Positions 10,461-23,586 of a stretch of DNA of 64,000 nucleotides are shown piece by piece. The notes beneath the pieces are model-generated. The model searched no databases and had not been told where the DNA came from. It saw nothing but the letters and a program-made list of their open reading frames with translations. The stretch is taken from assembly GCA_030390025.1 (NCBI GenBank), contig CM059448.1:10106001-10170000 (forward strand), given 5' to 3'. The translations under genes and the position numbers were made by a program. Position 1 is the stretch's first letter. Each line of letters opens with the position of its first letter. The DNA is from Squalus acanthias. Lineage: Eukaryota.

Positions 10461-12267
10461 ATCCTGTCCTACAGTGTACGCCTCCAGCCAAAATCCTGTC
10501 CCACAGTCTATGTCTCCAACCAGAATCCTGTCCTGCAGTCTATGTCTCCAACCAGAATCCTGTCCTACAGTCTATGCCTCCAGTCAGAATCCTGTCTTAC
10601 AGTCTATGCCTCCAGTCAGAATCCTGTCCTGCAGTCTATGTCTCCAGTCAGAATCCTGTCCTGCAGTCTATGTCTCCAGTCAGAATCCTGTCTTACAGTC
10701 TATGCCTCCAGTCAGAATCCTGTCTTACAGTCTATGTCTCCAGCCAGAATCCTGTCTTACAGTCTATGCCTCCAGTCAGAATCCTGTCTTACAGTCTATG
10801 CCTCCAGTCAGAATCCTGTCCTGCAGTCTATGTCTCCAGTCAGAATCCTGTCCTGCAGTCTATGTCTCCAGTCAGAATCCTGTCCTGCAGTCTATGTCTC
10901 CAGTCAGAATCCTGTCCTACAGTCTATGTCTCCAGTCAGAATCCTGTGTTACAGTCTATGTCTCCAGTCAGAATCCTGTCCTACAGTCTATGCCTATATC
11001 CAGAATCCTGTCCTAGAGTCTATGCCTATATCCAGAATCCTGTCCTACAGTCTATGCCTATATCCAGAATCCTGTCTTACAGTCTATGTCTCCAGTCAGA
11101 ATCCTGTCCTGCAGTCTATGTCTCCAGTCAGAATCCTGTCCCACAGTCTATGCCTATATCCAGAATCCTGTCCTAGAGTCTATGCCTATATCCAGAATCC
11201 TGTCCTACAGTCTATGCCTATATCCAGAATCCTGTCTTACAGTCTATGTCTCCAGTCAGAATCCTGTCCTACAGTCTATGCCTATATCCAGAATCCTGTC
11301 CTGCAGTCTATGCCTCCAGTCAGAATCCTGTCTTACAGTCTATGCCTCCAGTCAGAATCCTGTCTTACAGTCTATGCCTATATCCAGAATCCTGTCCTAG
11401 AGTCTATGCCTATATCCAGAATCCTGTCTTACAGTCTATGCCTATATCCAGAATCCTGTCTTACAGTCTATGCCTATATCCAGAATCCTGTCCTACAGTC
11501 TATGCCTATATCCAGAATCCTGTCCTACAGTCTATGCCTATATCCAGAATCCTGTCTTACAGTCTATGCCTATATCCAGAATCCTGTCCTACAGTCTATG
11601 CCTATATCCAGAATCCTGTCTTACAGTCTATGCCTATATCCAGAATCCTGTCCTACAGTCCAAGCCTCCAGTCAGAATCCTGTCCTACAGTCTATGCATC
11701 CAGCCAGAATCCTGTCTTACAGTCTAAGCCTCCAGTCAGAATCCTGTCTTACAGTCTAAGCCTCCAGTCAGAATCCTGTCCTACAGTCTAAGCCTCCAGT
11801 CAGAATCCTGTCCTACAGTCTATGTCTCCAGTCAGAATCCTGTCCTACAGTCTATGCCTCCAGTCAGAATCCTGTCCTACAGTCTAAGCCTCCAGTCAGA
11901 ATCCTGTCTTACAGTCTATGTCTCCAGTCAGAATCCTGTCCTACAGTCTATGTCTCCAGTCAGAATCCTGTCTTACAGTCTATGCCTCCAGTCAGAATCC
12001 TGTCCTGCAGTCTATGCCTCCAGTCAGAATCCTGTCCTACAGTCTATGCCTCCAGTCAGAATCCTGCCTTACAGTCTATGCCTCCAGTCAGAATCCTGCC
12101 TTACAGTCTATGCCTCCAGTCAGAATCCTGTCCTACAGTCTATGCCTCCAGTCAGAATCCTGTCCTACAGTCTATGCCTCCAGTCAGAATCCTGTCCTAC
12201 AGTCTATGCCTCCAGTCAGAATCCTGTCCTACAGTCTATGCCTCCAGCCAGAATCCTGCCTTACAGT
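10461..12267 (+). repeat. 32-bp minisatellite, about 56 units
   Basis: Unit cagaatcctgtcctacagtctatgcctccagt with variants (gtctccagt, gcctatatc, ctaagcc). It explains all repetitive ORFs in this interval. Confidence 0.97.
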
Positions 12268-12394
12268 GAAGTCCTCCACCCTCCTCCCTGGTTATAGCGA
12301 TTTTCTCAAGCCAGAAACGAAGGCAATAGTGGACCTTCAGCCAGAAACTGCTGCAATTGTGGGATCGATGGAAGTACTATAACACTGCTAAAGA

Positions 12395-12521
12395 ATTCCA
12401 CCTTTCACAGCCTCAGAACGTCCCAAAGCGTGTTCCAGCCAATGAAGTACTTTTTGAAGTGTAGTCACTGTTGTAATGTAATGTTGTAATATGCGCACAG
12501 CAAGCTCCCACAAACAGCAAT
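12395..12521 (-). mobile_element. Deu-SINE 3' part, split by the CR1 at 12522; continues at 14514-14540
   Basis: gtcccaaagc...gaagtgtagtcactgttgtaatg...cacaaacagcaat resumes as agcaatgagataatgaccagataatct after the LINE. Confidence 0.75.
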
Positions 12522-14513
12522 TGAGGGTAAGTAAAGAGGCATACATTAAGTACATGGACAGCAGAGGAGAGCATGATAAGGGAAAATATGAAGAGATTAG
12601 GAAAGAAGTCAGAAAAACAATTAGGAAGGCAAAGAGGAACTATGAAATTAAATGATCAAGGAACATAAAACAAAATAGTAAAATATTTTACTGGCACATC
12701 AATAAAAAAAGGAAGGTCGGGATGGGAATAGGGCCACTAAGGGATGGACAGGATAATACCACAGGCAGTGATAGAGTGGTGGCAGATATTAAATAATTAC
12801 TTTGCCTCAGTATTTACCAGGGAGATAGAACAGGTGGACATGACATTGGATCATGAGATTAGTAATGAAATAACTGCATTTACAATAAAAAAGAGATATA
12901 TTAAATAAACTAATCAAACTCAAAGAGGAAAAAAACCCTGGTCCGGATGGACTACATCCGCGCATTTTAAAAGAATCTAGGGAAGAGATAGCAGAGGCAT
13001 TACTACACATATTTAATAATTCGTTAGAAAAAGGTGTCGTGCCAGAGGACTGGCGGATAGCTAACGTAATACCGATATTTAAGAAGGGGGATAGAACATG
13101 TCCAGGGAATTATAGACCAGTCAGCTTAACATTGGTGGTAGGTAAAATAATGGAATCACTACTAAAGGAGAAAACAGAAGAACATCTAGAAGCCAAAAAT
13201 ATAATACTGAATAGTCCGCATGGATTTCAAAAGGGAAAGTCTTACTTGACCAACCTCATTGAATTTTTTGAAGAGGCAACAGAGAGAATAGACAATGGTA
13301 ATGCAGTAGATGTAATTGACCTAGATTTTCAAAAGGCCTTCGATAAGGTACCCCATAATAGACTGATGAACAAGGTCAGAGAATGCGAAGTCATGGGACA
13401 AGTAGCAGAATGGCTAGCTAGCTGGCTTCAAGACAGAAAGCAGAGAGTAGGGGTAAAAGGTAGCTATTCACAGTGGCAGAATGTGGGTAGTGGTTTTCCA
13501 CAAGGATCAGTGCTGGGACCACTGCTGTTCACAATTTATAATTAACAATTTAGACATTGGAATCAAAAACACAATTTCTAAATTTGCGGATGACACCAAA
13601 TTGGGGGGATAGTTAATACTGAGGAGGACTGCAACAAATTACAGGAAGACATTAATAAACTTGCTGAATGGGCATATAATTGGCAAATGAAATTCAACAC
13701 AGATGAATGTGAGATATTACATTTTGGTAGGAAGAATAGGGAGGTCACTTATTACTTGGAAGGTGCGAGTCTGGGTGGGGTAGAGGAGCAAAGGGATCTC
13801 GGAGTACAAATACACAAATCAATAAAAGTAGCGACACAGGTTAACAAGGCCATAAAAAAAGCAAACCAGGCACTAGGGTTTATTTCTAGAGGGATAGAAT
13901 TGAAAAGTAGTGAAGTTATGCTAAACTTGTATTGAACCTTGGTTAGACCACACTTCGATTACTGCGTACAGTTCTGGTCGCCATATTATAAAAAGGATAT
14001 AGAGGCACTGGAGAGGGTGCAGAGAAGATTTACAAGGATGATACCAGAAATACGAGGGTACATCTATCAGGAAAAGATGAACAGGCTGGATCTCTTTTCG
14101 CTTGAAAAAATAAGGTTGAGTGGTGACCTAATTGAGGTCTTTAAAATTATGAAAGGTTTTGATAGATTAGATACAGAGAGAGTGTTTCCACTTGTGGGGA
14201 AGAGCATAACTAGAGGACATCAATATAAGATAGTCACCAATAAATCAAATAGGGAATTCAGAAGAAACTTCTTTACCCAGAGAGTGGTGAGAATGTGGAA
14301 CTCGCTACCACAGGGAATGGTTGAGTCAAATAGTGTAGATGCATTTAAGGGGAGGCTAGAGAAGCATACGAGGGAGAAGGGAATAGAGGGTTATGCTGAT
14401 AGAGTTAGATGAGGAAAGAGGGGAGGAAGCTCGAGTGGAGCATAAACGCCGGCATGGACTGGTTGGGCCGAATGGCCTGTTTCTGTGCCGTATATCCTAT
14501 GTAATCCTATGTA
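12522..14513 (+). mobile_element. CR1 LINE, 5'-truncated, with frameshifts and stops
   Basis: RT fragments 13039-13545, 13687-13935 and 13939-14412 (NYRPVSLT, DFQKAFDKVPH, PQGSVLGP, KFADD); tail cctatgtaat; 6-bp TSD agcaat. Confidence 0.92.
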
Positions 14514-14549
14514 AGCAATGAGATAATGACCAGATAATCTAGAATCAGT

Positions 14550-14682
14550 CAGAAGGAAGGATTCCAGAACTGGTAGTATCAGACATAAAGAAGTACCCTA
14601 CGACTGGTAATATCAGACTGAAGTACTTTAGAACTGATAGTATCGGACCGAAGGAAGTACTGTAGAACTGGTAGCATCAGAT
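14550..14682 (+). repeat. Degenerate tandem repeat of about 30-33 bp, 4 copies
   Basis: Recurring gaagtac...agaactggtagtatcagac. Confidence 0.65.
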
Positions 14683-15440
14683 CAATTAATCCAGCTTTGT
14701 TGATGACACCTTTGGAAATACTGTTAAACAATGAAAAATAACTCATCACTGAAACAGCTAACCTGATTTCAGAATGGTTAATTAGGTCAGAAATGATAAT
14801 GGAGAATGACATGACACAAGTCGAGTCCATTTGAAGTGTGCACATAAATTTCACAGCTTCTAGTGTCCACCTATGTACATTCTTACTTTACAAAGAGGCA
14901 GTGGTGTTTTTGGACAATGCTTGTGGTTTGAGAAATCTTACAAGGTCAATCAAATATTCTGGCAACGATTTTCCTTGATGGATGGCCTGGCATATGGATT
15001 AAAAGACAGTGCACATTATTAGGATTAAGTATTTACTACAAATCACAGCAGGCTGACAGCGATGTACCTTAGCCATTCTGGAGTGGATTCAGTGTTGTCA
15101 GCACTTTCTTTGTTCCACTGGGTCTTTTAGGCTATTAATAATCAGATGCATCTCTTCGAGACTGAATTTATATTTACCCAAGTGTCGCTTCAGCTCTTTA
15201 GTTGCTACAATGGCTATTTCCCTATTGCTGTGTGGTTGGGCCCTTGCACAGTGACTGTTTACAAACAACACAATTGCATTGTATGCTGTTAATGCGCTGA
15301 ATATACAAAAGGGTTATTCTGATGTTCTGACTAATCTCCCAGCATCTGGCATGGAGCACGATGAGAGGCTAAAATTTTCTGGTAACCACTTTGTTTCAAT
15401 AAATAAACCACAGCTCTGAGATCATAGGCAGCAGTTTCAT

Positions 15441-15975
15441 GGCCCAGATTTTTGCATTGACAATAACGGTGAAGCTGTCGGCACGCTCCGTTCTTAAAGA
15501 CTAAATCGGACAGTAACTTCTGGAGTCCGCACCATGCGCGGCGAAACGCGGAAATCGGGAGGTTGCTGTCTGAGCTGCCCTGCTCCTCCACAAGCTGCAC
15601 TACACCGGTTTCAGCATTCAAACACGTGAAGGGTGTGAAGGTGCTGCACTTACCCACTAATTACCCACTAAACATGCCAGAAAAAGTTAGGGCTGGTGCA
15701 TTCAGGTGTAAGTGAATTTTTAACGGCATGATAAGTCTTAATTACTGCCAAACAACCTCTCTGGCCCTGATAATTTACATTTACAAGTGTAGATTCTCAT
15801 TCCTTTAGATTTTAATTATTGTTGGAGATTTAAAAACAATTAAAAATTAAAATAATTTTTTTTAAACACCTCTTTTATCTCTCTCTTTTTCTTTCCATCC
15901 CTTTATTTTGCTTTCTGTACATGATTTTACATTGAATTAAATATTCTAATTTATTCTTCCTGGTTTAGACTCTGT
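15441..15975. mobile_element. Harbinger-type non-autonomous element, left end
   Basis: Begins ggcccagatttttgc...aataacggtgaagc...taaatcggacagtaacttctgg, homologous to the reverse complement of 51050-51270. Confidence 0.6.
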
Positions 15976-15976
15976 G

Positions 15977-17009
15977 ACCGGAATTTTACCGGCGCTGAGA
16001 GGATGGGATCGGAGGCGGGTCAGCTGTGAAATTAGAAATGATTGACAGCAGGTCGGGACCTGGCTGTCAACTCGCCCCCATGCTAGTCTCCCAGGTGTCG
16101 GGTCTGTCAGTGCTGAACAGACCCCACACCAAGCGGTGGGGGATGCAATTTAGATCATTAGTTGAATTGTTAAGAGGCAATTAAGTGTTATTTTAAGTCT
16201 ACCTTTAGATTTTTAGAGGTCGCCAATGGCTTACTGCATTTGGAAAACAGATTGAGCTTTATGCAGGTTGCAAGTGTTTGGAGCAAACTCTCTATCCAGT
16301 GTCACCTCATTGGAACAACCTCTCTCACCATTGACAGATCGCTCCTGTCATCTCAACCTCACCTGCCATCTATTTCATCAGCATCATTGCCCTTGAAACT
16401 ATCTCACCTTGCTCCTCAGAATCCCACCATGATCAGCCCCAACACCAGCATCACCGGGCACACCAGCAGCACCAACAACAACACCAACCTTCTCCGCAAT
16501 CAACTGATGCTGCACAGGACAGAGGGCATGGTGTTGGTGTGGGGTGGTGCCAACCTGGCGCATCATGTGGCAGCCAGGGTGTGCAGCATCAAGTGAAGTA
16601 AATCTGGCCATGGTGAGTCCATCCCTGGCATCCTGGGCAGCAATGTGGTTGGGTGCTGATGCCCTGTGTACTGTGCAGCATCAGTTGATTGCGGAGAAGG
16701 TTGGTGTTGATGCTGCTGGTGTGCCCGGTGATTCTGGTGTTGGGGCGTGGGCGACCCCGTGGGCGACCTTGTAAAATGGTACGGTGTGCTCAAAATACTT
16801 TTTAATGGGCTGTTAACAAGGTCATAATGACCTGAATTGCCTCCCCCGCCACTGTGTGTCGGGTCTGTTCAGCCCTGACTGACCCGACATCTGGGAAAGT
16901 CACGTGGTGGCAGGTTGACAGCGGGGTCCCGACCCGCTGTCAAAAACATTTTTTTCCCACCCAACCCACCACAGAACGTGCCCGCTGACCCCCCGAAAAA
17001 TTACCCCCA
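15977..17009. mobile_element. Internally deleted and rearranged non-autonomous Harbinger
   Basis: Long imperfect subterminal IRs (about 16042-16200 vs 16790-16943) with gtcggg motifs, internal IR 16436-16529 / 16659-16746, transposase N- and C-terminal remnants. Confidence 0.7.
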
Positions 17010-17164
17010 TCTATTCAGAACCCTATCTACCGGCTGGAAATCATTTCACTAATTCCAGCACTGTACAATATTTGAACAGTGTAGTTAGCTGTGTCTGAAT
17101 AACAAATCTTATATCCTATATGATATACCCAAGGAAAATCCTTCTTGTGTCCTAAATTCTTAAA

Positions 17165-17386
17165 TTAGGATTTGGACTGCACTGCCTGATAGAGTGGTGA
17201 ATACAGATTCAATAGTAGTCTTCAAAAGGGAATTGGATAAATACTTGAAGGAGAAAAAATTGCAGGGATATGGGGAAAGAGCGGGGCAGTGGGACTAACT
17301 GGATTGCTCTTCAAAAGTGCCAGCGCAGACTCGATGGGCTGAATGGCCTCCTTCTGTGCTGTACTCTTCTATGATTCTATGATTCT
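17165..17386 (+). mobile_element. CR1 3' fragment
   Basis: Near-identical to 2015-2220; attctatg tandem tail. Confidence 0.85.
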
Positions 17387-19127
17387 GACTTCTTTATTTT
17401 CCCACCAGAAGTGAGTCCCACACTGCCCTCCTCCCCATTCGGGTCCTTAAGTGTACGGTTCAGACAAGGCACTTGGGAGACAAAGACCCTTCTGCTCCAT
17501 CCAGTTTGGCAACCACCTTTAGGAACCTGGGCCCTGCGATCACTGTGGTTCACCTTGAACTCAAATTCACACAGGTCATTTTTTATTCCCCACTCGTGGA
17601 TTCCAATAGATGTCTGCGAATTAAAATAGGTTCCACATCTCTATGCCTGATGGCACCCAGTTACCCTGTGATTATACTTGAGGCAAATGATGGCCAAGAC
17701 AAGGCACAGGGGAGTGATCACCTTCCGAATGGGAAAAATGCAGTTCCTCCCCTTCATTAGCATTTGGCTAACAGTTTTCCTCCCAGATAGCGGGTTCTCA
17801 GAAGTCTCGTCAGGCTGATGCTGCCGGGCAAATTAGTCAAAAGAAAAAGGCACAAGTGGCACAAAAGGTAGTGAGAGAGAAATTAAAGGAAAGGTGGCCA
17901 TTCCTTGTGACACAAAACCTGACTCAGGGTTGAAGGGAACTAAGTCTTCTTAATCACTAACACAGAGAGGCTAATGCATTACCCAAGTGCAATTATTACA
18001 AGGATGGGGATAAATAAGCTCATGACTTCAGCACTGAAGTAGCAGCCAGCTAAGTAAATCAATTCTACAGCAAGGCTCCCTGTGCTCTAATAAGTCAATT
18101 AACCGAGAATTTGCCAACCACCGATGATGTTGCCTGGGTGACCTTAGAGTGTCCATTGGTTCACTAGAAGCTTCCATTACTGGTGGACATCACAGGATAT
18201 TGTCTATCTCGTCAACAATGAGAGTGAAATTGCCACATAGTACAGTACTCTTACATTCTCGCATGCATTTTTAGTTGATTGGGCCATTTGATTTGTTTTA
18301 GTCGTGCCCTCCTCCCGGCACTGTGGGGGGAGCTGCACTTGTAGAGATAGTTGTCCTCGTGGCATTGGGCTTGCCACTCCATTGGTCCAAGCAAATTAGA
18401 GCCAACTACCGCTTAACCCTTTACCATTCAAACTAGTAATATTCGATGCAGAGATAAGAATTGTACTTAGACAAGCTCCCGCTCCCAGCTGGGTCAATGG
18501 GATAGGAATGTGCTAGTGGATGCCCCACAGTTTATCTGTGGGAAATAAAGGCATCCATCAAAATAATGGAAATGGGTAAAGTTCAGGGACCTATTGGGTT
18601 TCCAGAAGAATGCTCAAATGGGCACTCTTATTCAAGCACCTGGTGAGATGTTAGCAGTACTTTTAGTCAATTCTCCTGTTGAAGTATGACTTAAAATCCT
18701 GACCAATTATCAGCACTGTGTCTCGCTGACTGGTACCAAAACCGGTTGATAATAACTAAACGGGATTCATCTGTGGAAGACACCCTGGAAACAAAGCCCA
18801 ACACCTTCTGAGTATTGCCGTAAAACATATTGGTGTGCCCACGCCCACTCTCGTACTCTCACTCAGTGCTGGAAAGGACTTTAGCAGAATTCAGAAGCCC
18901 TTCCTCTGGTCAGTCCTAGAGGTAAGGAGATTCAGTCTGGTATTCACTTAGTAGATCTTTCCAATTTACTTGTGCCCCTTATCCTCCACCATTACCAATA
19001 ATTGTAAGGGTACAAGACAAGGATGCTCGTTGCCATTGCAATTGTTTGTCATGAGTATCAATCTAGTGGCCTTGACCACATAATACTTCTAAGGTATCCA
19101 GAGGATTAAAATAGGAACTCAAAGAAC

Positions 19128-19665
19128 TATATAGGAACAGAGGAACAGGAGGAGGCCATTCAGCCCCTCGAGCCTGTTCCGCCATTCAGTGAGATCATGG
19201 CTGATCTACGACCTAACTCCATATACCCGCCTTTAGCCCATATCCCTTAATACCTTTGGTTAACCAAAAGCTATCAATCTCCGATTTAAAACTAACAATT
19301 GATCCAGCATCAATTGCCGTTTGCGGAAGAGAGTTCCAACCTTCTACCACTCTTTGTGTGTAGAAGTGTTTCCTAATTTCACTCTTGAAAGGTCTGGCTC
19401 TAATTTTTAGACTATGCCCCCTAGTCCTAGAATCCCCAACCAGTGAAAATAGTTTCTCTCTTATCTACCCTATCTGTTCCCCTTAATATCTTGAAAACTT
19501 CAATCAGATCACCCCTTAACCTTCTAAATTCTAGGGAATACGACCCTAATTTGTGTAATCTCTCCTCGTAACTTAACGCTTGGAGTCCAGGTATCATTCT
19601 GGTAAATCTACGCTGCACTCCCTCCAAGGCCAATATATCCTTCCTAAGATGTGGTGCCCAGAACT
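19128..19665 (-). mobile_element. CR1 3' fragment
   Basis: ORF ALEGVQRRFTRMIPGL...RRLRGDLIEVFKI; 3'UTR stem at 19150-19205. Confidence 0.88.
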
Positions 19666-19841
19666 GGGCCCTGAACTACTCATTATATGATGAAAACATG
19701 TCCCTGTACATGAGGTGATCCTCTCATCTCCTTCCCAAACATCGTTGTTACAGCAAAGCAATGAGGACCATACCTGTATACAAGATCAACTACTTCAAAA
19801 TAAAGGCTTCAACTCACGATCCTGGATAGATTCCAACCTCG

Positions 19842-20292
19842 TGTCAGCTTGTCTCAGTGGTCGCACTCTCACCTCTGAGTCAGAGGAGCAAAGGTTCAAG
19901 CCCCATTCCATGACTTGAGTCCATACTCTAGCCTGACACTTCAGTGCAGTACTGAGGGTGTGCTATGTTGTTGTTGGAGGTGCCATCTTTCAAATGAGAA
20001 GCTAAACCAAGGGCCCATCTGCCTGTTGAGGTGGATGTAAAAGATCTCATGGTAATATTTGAAGGCGAGCAGAGGAGTCCTCCTGGTGTCCTAGCCAACA
20101 TTCCTCCTTCAACCAACACACAGAATAATTGGTCATTACCTCATTACTGTTTGTGGACACTGCTATATGCAAATTGTCTGCCACTTTTGCCCAAACACCC
20201 ATATTGATTACACTTTAATTCATTGGCTGTGGGGCATTTTGGGACACCCCTGAGAGCATGAAAGATGCTTTAAAAACACACGTTCTTTCTTT
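19842..20292 (+). mobile_element. Deu-domain tRNA-derived SINE (SacSINE1/AmnSINE1-like)
   Basis: Box A/B-like ctcagtggt and ggttcaagccc; core ctgacacttcagtgcagtactgagg...ggaggtgccatcttt; L2-like tail. Confidence 0.8.
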
Positions 20293-23043
20293 ACAGGAAG
20301 CTAGAATTTACAATATGTGTTCTTGCGGGTGAGGCTTCCTGCTGGGAAAACAAAGTCAGAAAATTAGCCTTGCTATGCCTGAACTAACACACAATATGCC
20401 CTGCCAGAGGCCCATAGGACAATAAGATTAGGAGATGAAACATGGGAAAGCCGGAAATCTAAAAAGGTAGAGCCAGATAATCCTGAAAGTTCACTCGTGG
20501 CATCACTGGAAACAGAGAGGGAGGAATCAAATAGAAAAGTGAAAGTTTTGGGCCCCGCCCAGCAATGGATTAATTTACAATGTAACATGCTCGCTTATAA
20601 AAACACTGCTGTGTATCCAGCATAAGAGGGGAGGGGAGCAAGAATGCATGATATTTCAAAAATTAAAAAAGCAAATATGAATGAACTGTGCACTGTGACC
20701 TCTTGCGGTGTATGTATATTAAGCTAACAAAGCTTGTTTCGAATAAGCGATTTTCCAGCATGTCTGAAGTTGAATCGTTTAAGGCAAAATTCCAGCAGTA
20801 TACAGTACGTTAGAAAATGTTCTGTTTATTGTGCTGCCGTGTAGGTAAAACATAACATCGCATCAGTAATTAATATCCCAAGATATTTCATATCCCAGTT
20901 TTGAAAAATTGTTATTTTTTTCGCTTGCCCTCCCCCACCCCTCGTTTCCTGAAGGCAATTTAAGGGTATAACTTCCATTGACAGCCTGGACAGAGATTGT
21001 TGACTGGCTATTCCACAATGGGGACCATCACAGCCCCAGCCCAATCTTGTACTCGTCTGACATCAATACATTCTTGCTTCAAGTTACTGTGATCAAAAAA
21101 CAAAAACCACAGCCAATTTGTTTCCTATTCCAGTGATATTCAGACCGATTGTAGCAACTACCACTGCCACCTTAAAGTCTTTTCGTATTCCCTGTACAGT
21201 CAGTGTAGAAGGGGAGGGAGCACGACAATTATCCCAATTCCATCCTATCATGCCATCTTAAGTGGTATTTGCTGTATTCCATGTTGCATGTTAGTCCAAA
21301 GCTGCCACTGTGGTCCTGAAAGGGTTAATTTAACTGACTGAATCAATAGACAGACAAGTAGTCCAACAGACAGATAAACAGATTAGACAGATGGATAACT
21401 TACACCTGCCATTTTAACAAGTGCTGTCAGTCCCTGATAACCATAACCCTGATCAAAACGCAGAAAATCCAATACACTAAAACCACATCTCATTCAATCC
21501 AACTGTGTATCATTCCTGATCTATGCGCAACATTTAAATACACAGACCTGGTCCGAGCACAAACTACTCCTAAATTAGCCAATTTTTAATGCTCAGCACA
21601 CAAGCTATGATTAATCTACTGCCAACTTTTATTTAGAAACAACAGCAGTCGTTAGAAGTCTAGTCACGCTTTGGTTAAAGGAACTCTTATCTTCCTGCAA
21701 AAAAGGTTTGCCAAACCTTTTATTGTATTTGTCGGTGAGTGGTGAGCCAGAAGAATTGTGCATAATTTTCACACATGCAATTGACGTGATGATGTGATGC
21801 GACACGCTATACATCATTGTGCTATGAGGTTTGTCATGATGAAGACGGTACCCCTTTAAGTGTTGTCTATCTGTTTACTTATTTGTAATGGATTGCTGAA
21901 TGAATGTCGAAAAGGAGTCGTGGCATAAAAAATACTGGCTGCTTTTAGCTATAACTTATGGAAATTGTGATCTAAGTCTAATCCTGATCCATGGGCAACA
22001 TTCTTTGACAAACCCCTGTGTCTACAGTCAAGATTCAATTGTATATATGTATAGATAAAAACTCTGAAGTTCAGTGCTTTTGCGAAACAATGCCTGAAAG
22101 AGACAGCCCTGGGGATGAATAGGCTAAATTCTATTTGTGTAACGATGCAAAAAAAAAAGAAAGTTCTTGGTAGGCTTATGAAACCCTGTACTATTTCTCA
22201 TTCAGTTGAGTTGGGTAAATAAAGCAGTGAACCACTTGTGCTGCAGTATTGTGGCTGGTGAAAGACTGCGCCCCCTGTTGGCTTTGGTTGAATTATGGCG
22301 CAGGCACATTCAATGCACAGTTTTGGACAGAAGAGCTGTCAGCTCGGGCGATCCATTCAATTCTATTTGTTTGTTTAAATGTTGTTTGGGAAACTGGTGC
22401 ATATAAGAGTGCGACTTACTGTCTTGGAAGGCCAACCCCCCCAATGTATTTATGATTGTATTGATTGCAGGAACAGTGACAATTCTCACTCAGGCGCTGC
22501 CTTGTAAATAGGCTGTGAAACACGTTCCACTTAAATTCGAGCACAAGGTGCAACTGCTGCACATCACTGGCACATAAGGCGTGTTGTGAAAATCAAACAG
22601 AGGGGGTAACTTTGCAGTCAACACGGGTAAATCCCCGGCGTTAGAGAATGTGAAGAGAGAGAGAGAGAGAGGGCAACAAAGTCTCAATCAAAACAAATCC
22701 CATCGCCACTTTTAATCTTGCGAATCTAGGTCAGGAGTGTTGAAGCTGGGAGCTTGAAAATATACCGAGACACGGGAGGGGAGGGGAGGGGGGTTAGCAT
22801 TGGATATTGTGGCGAGGAACTGGACCTTATAATGAGCCACTGGGGACAAGTGAAGTTATTCCCCCCTCTTTAATGTTTCCCCAATCATAGTGGCATAAAT
22901 CATTCATAAATCCAGCACCGGATTGTCACTTCTTAAAAAGAGCAATCAAAATGGGGAAACTAGATTCAAACCAAACATGATAACTACAAATGGTATAATC
23001 ATTTGGGTTTACATTTCCCCATTCAATTTTTGGGCTATATTGA

Positions 23044-23200
23044 AACTGCCACCAATTGCCTGGATTAAGTATTTTCTGTTCATTAATATTAATCCGATTT
23101 ATATCTTTTTTTCTCTCTTTCAGAATTGCCACCAATTGCCTGGATTAAGTATTTGGATTGTTCATTAATATTAATCCGATTTATATCCTTTTCTCTCTCT
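23044..23200 (+). repeat. Tandem duplication of about 80 bp in the intron
   Basis: tgccaccaattgcctggattaagtattt...ttcattaatattaatccgatttatatc occurs twice. Confidence 0.85.
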
Positions 23201-23370
23201 CTCTCTCTCGGGTGAGGTTTTCAACAGCATTCTCCAAAAACTGCTGCTGTGCGACCAAAAGTGACACATTTATTGCAATTTGTGAATGTAACTTTCGCCC
23301 CAGACAAAACATTAAAAAAAGAGAGACAAGACAGGTAAAGGAAGCCCCCCCGCCACCCCCAGTGATTTAC

Positions 23371-23586
23371 CTGCCAAGAGCCCGAGGGGATGTCGGCGAA
23401 GCTGCCGAGGCCGCCGAAAGTGTAACAGTTGTAGACGGTCTCGGAGCAGTGCCACAGCAACCCGAAGCTCACCGAATCTTTGCTTTTCTCCTTGACGATC
23501 CAGGCGGGCGAGATGAAGCTGAAACTGCAGACGGCCACCAGGCAGCAGGAGAGCAGCACCCAGAGGCAGCCCACGCAGGTCCACAT
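23371..23586 (-). CDS. First coding exon of an LHFPL-family tetraspan protein (LHFPL7/TMEM211-like)
   Basis: MWTCVGCLWVLLSCCLVAVCSFSFISPAW...SFGLLWHC...C...SFADIPSGSWQ matches the LHFPL TM1, P-W, (S)FGL..C and F..IPS..W motifs. Phase-0 donor CAG|GTAAAT. In-frame upstream ATGs at 23622 and 23682. Later exons were not found in the window. Confidence 0.8.

Noticed and set aside
10461-12267. CRISPR-like array or repetitive protein (ORFs up to 405 aa)
   Set aside because: The units are contiguous 32-mers with no unique spacers, there are no cas genes and the context is vertebrate. The ORFs arise because the unit lacks stops and cycles through all three frames.
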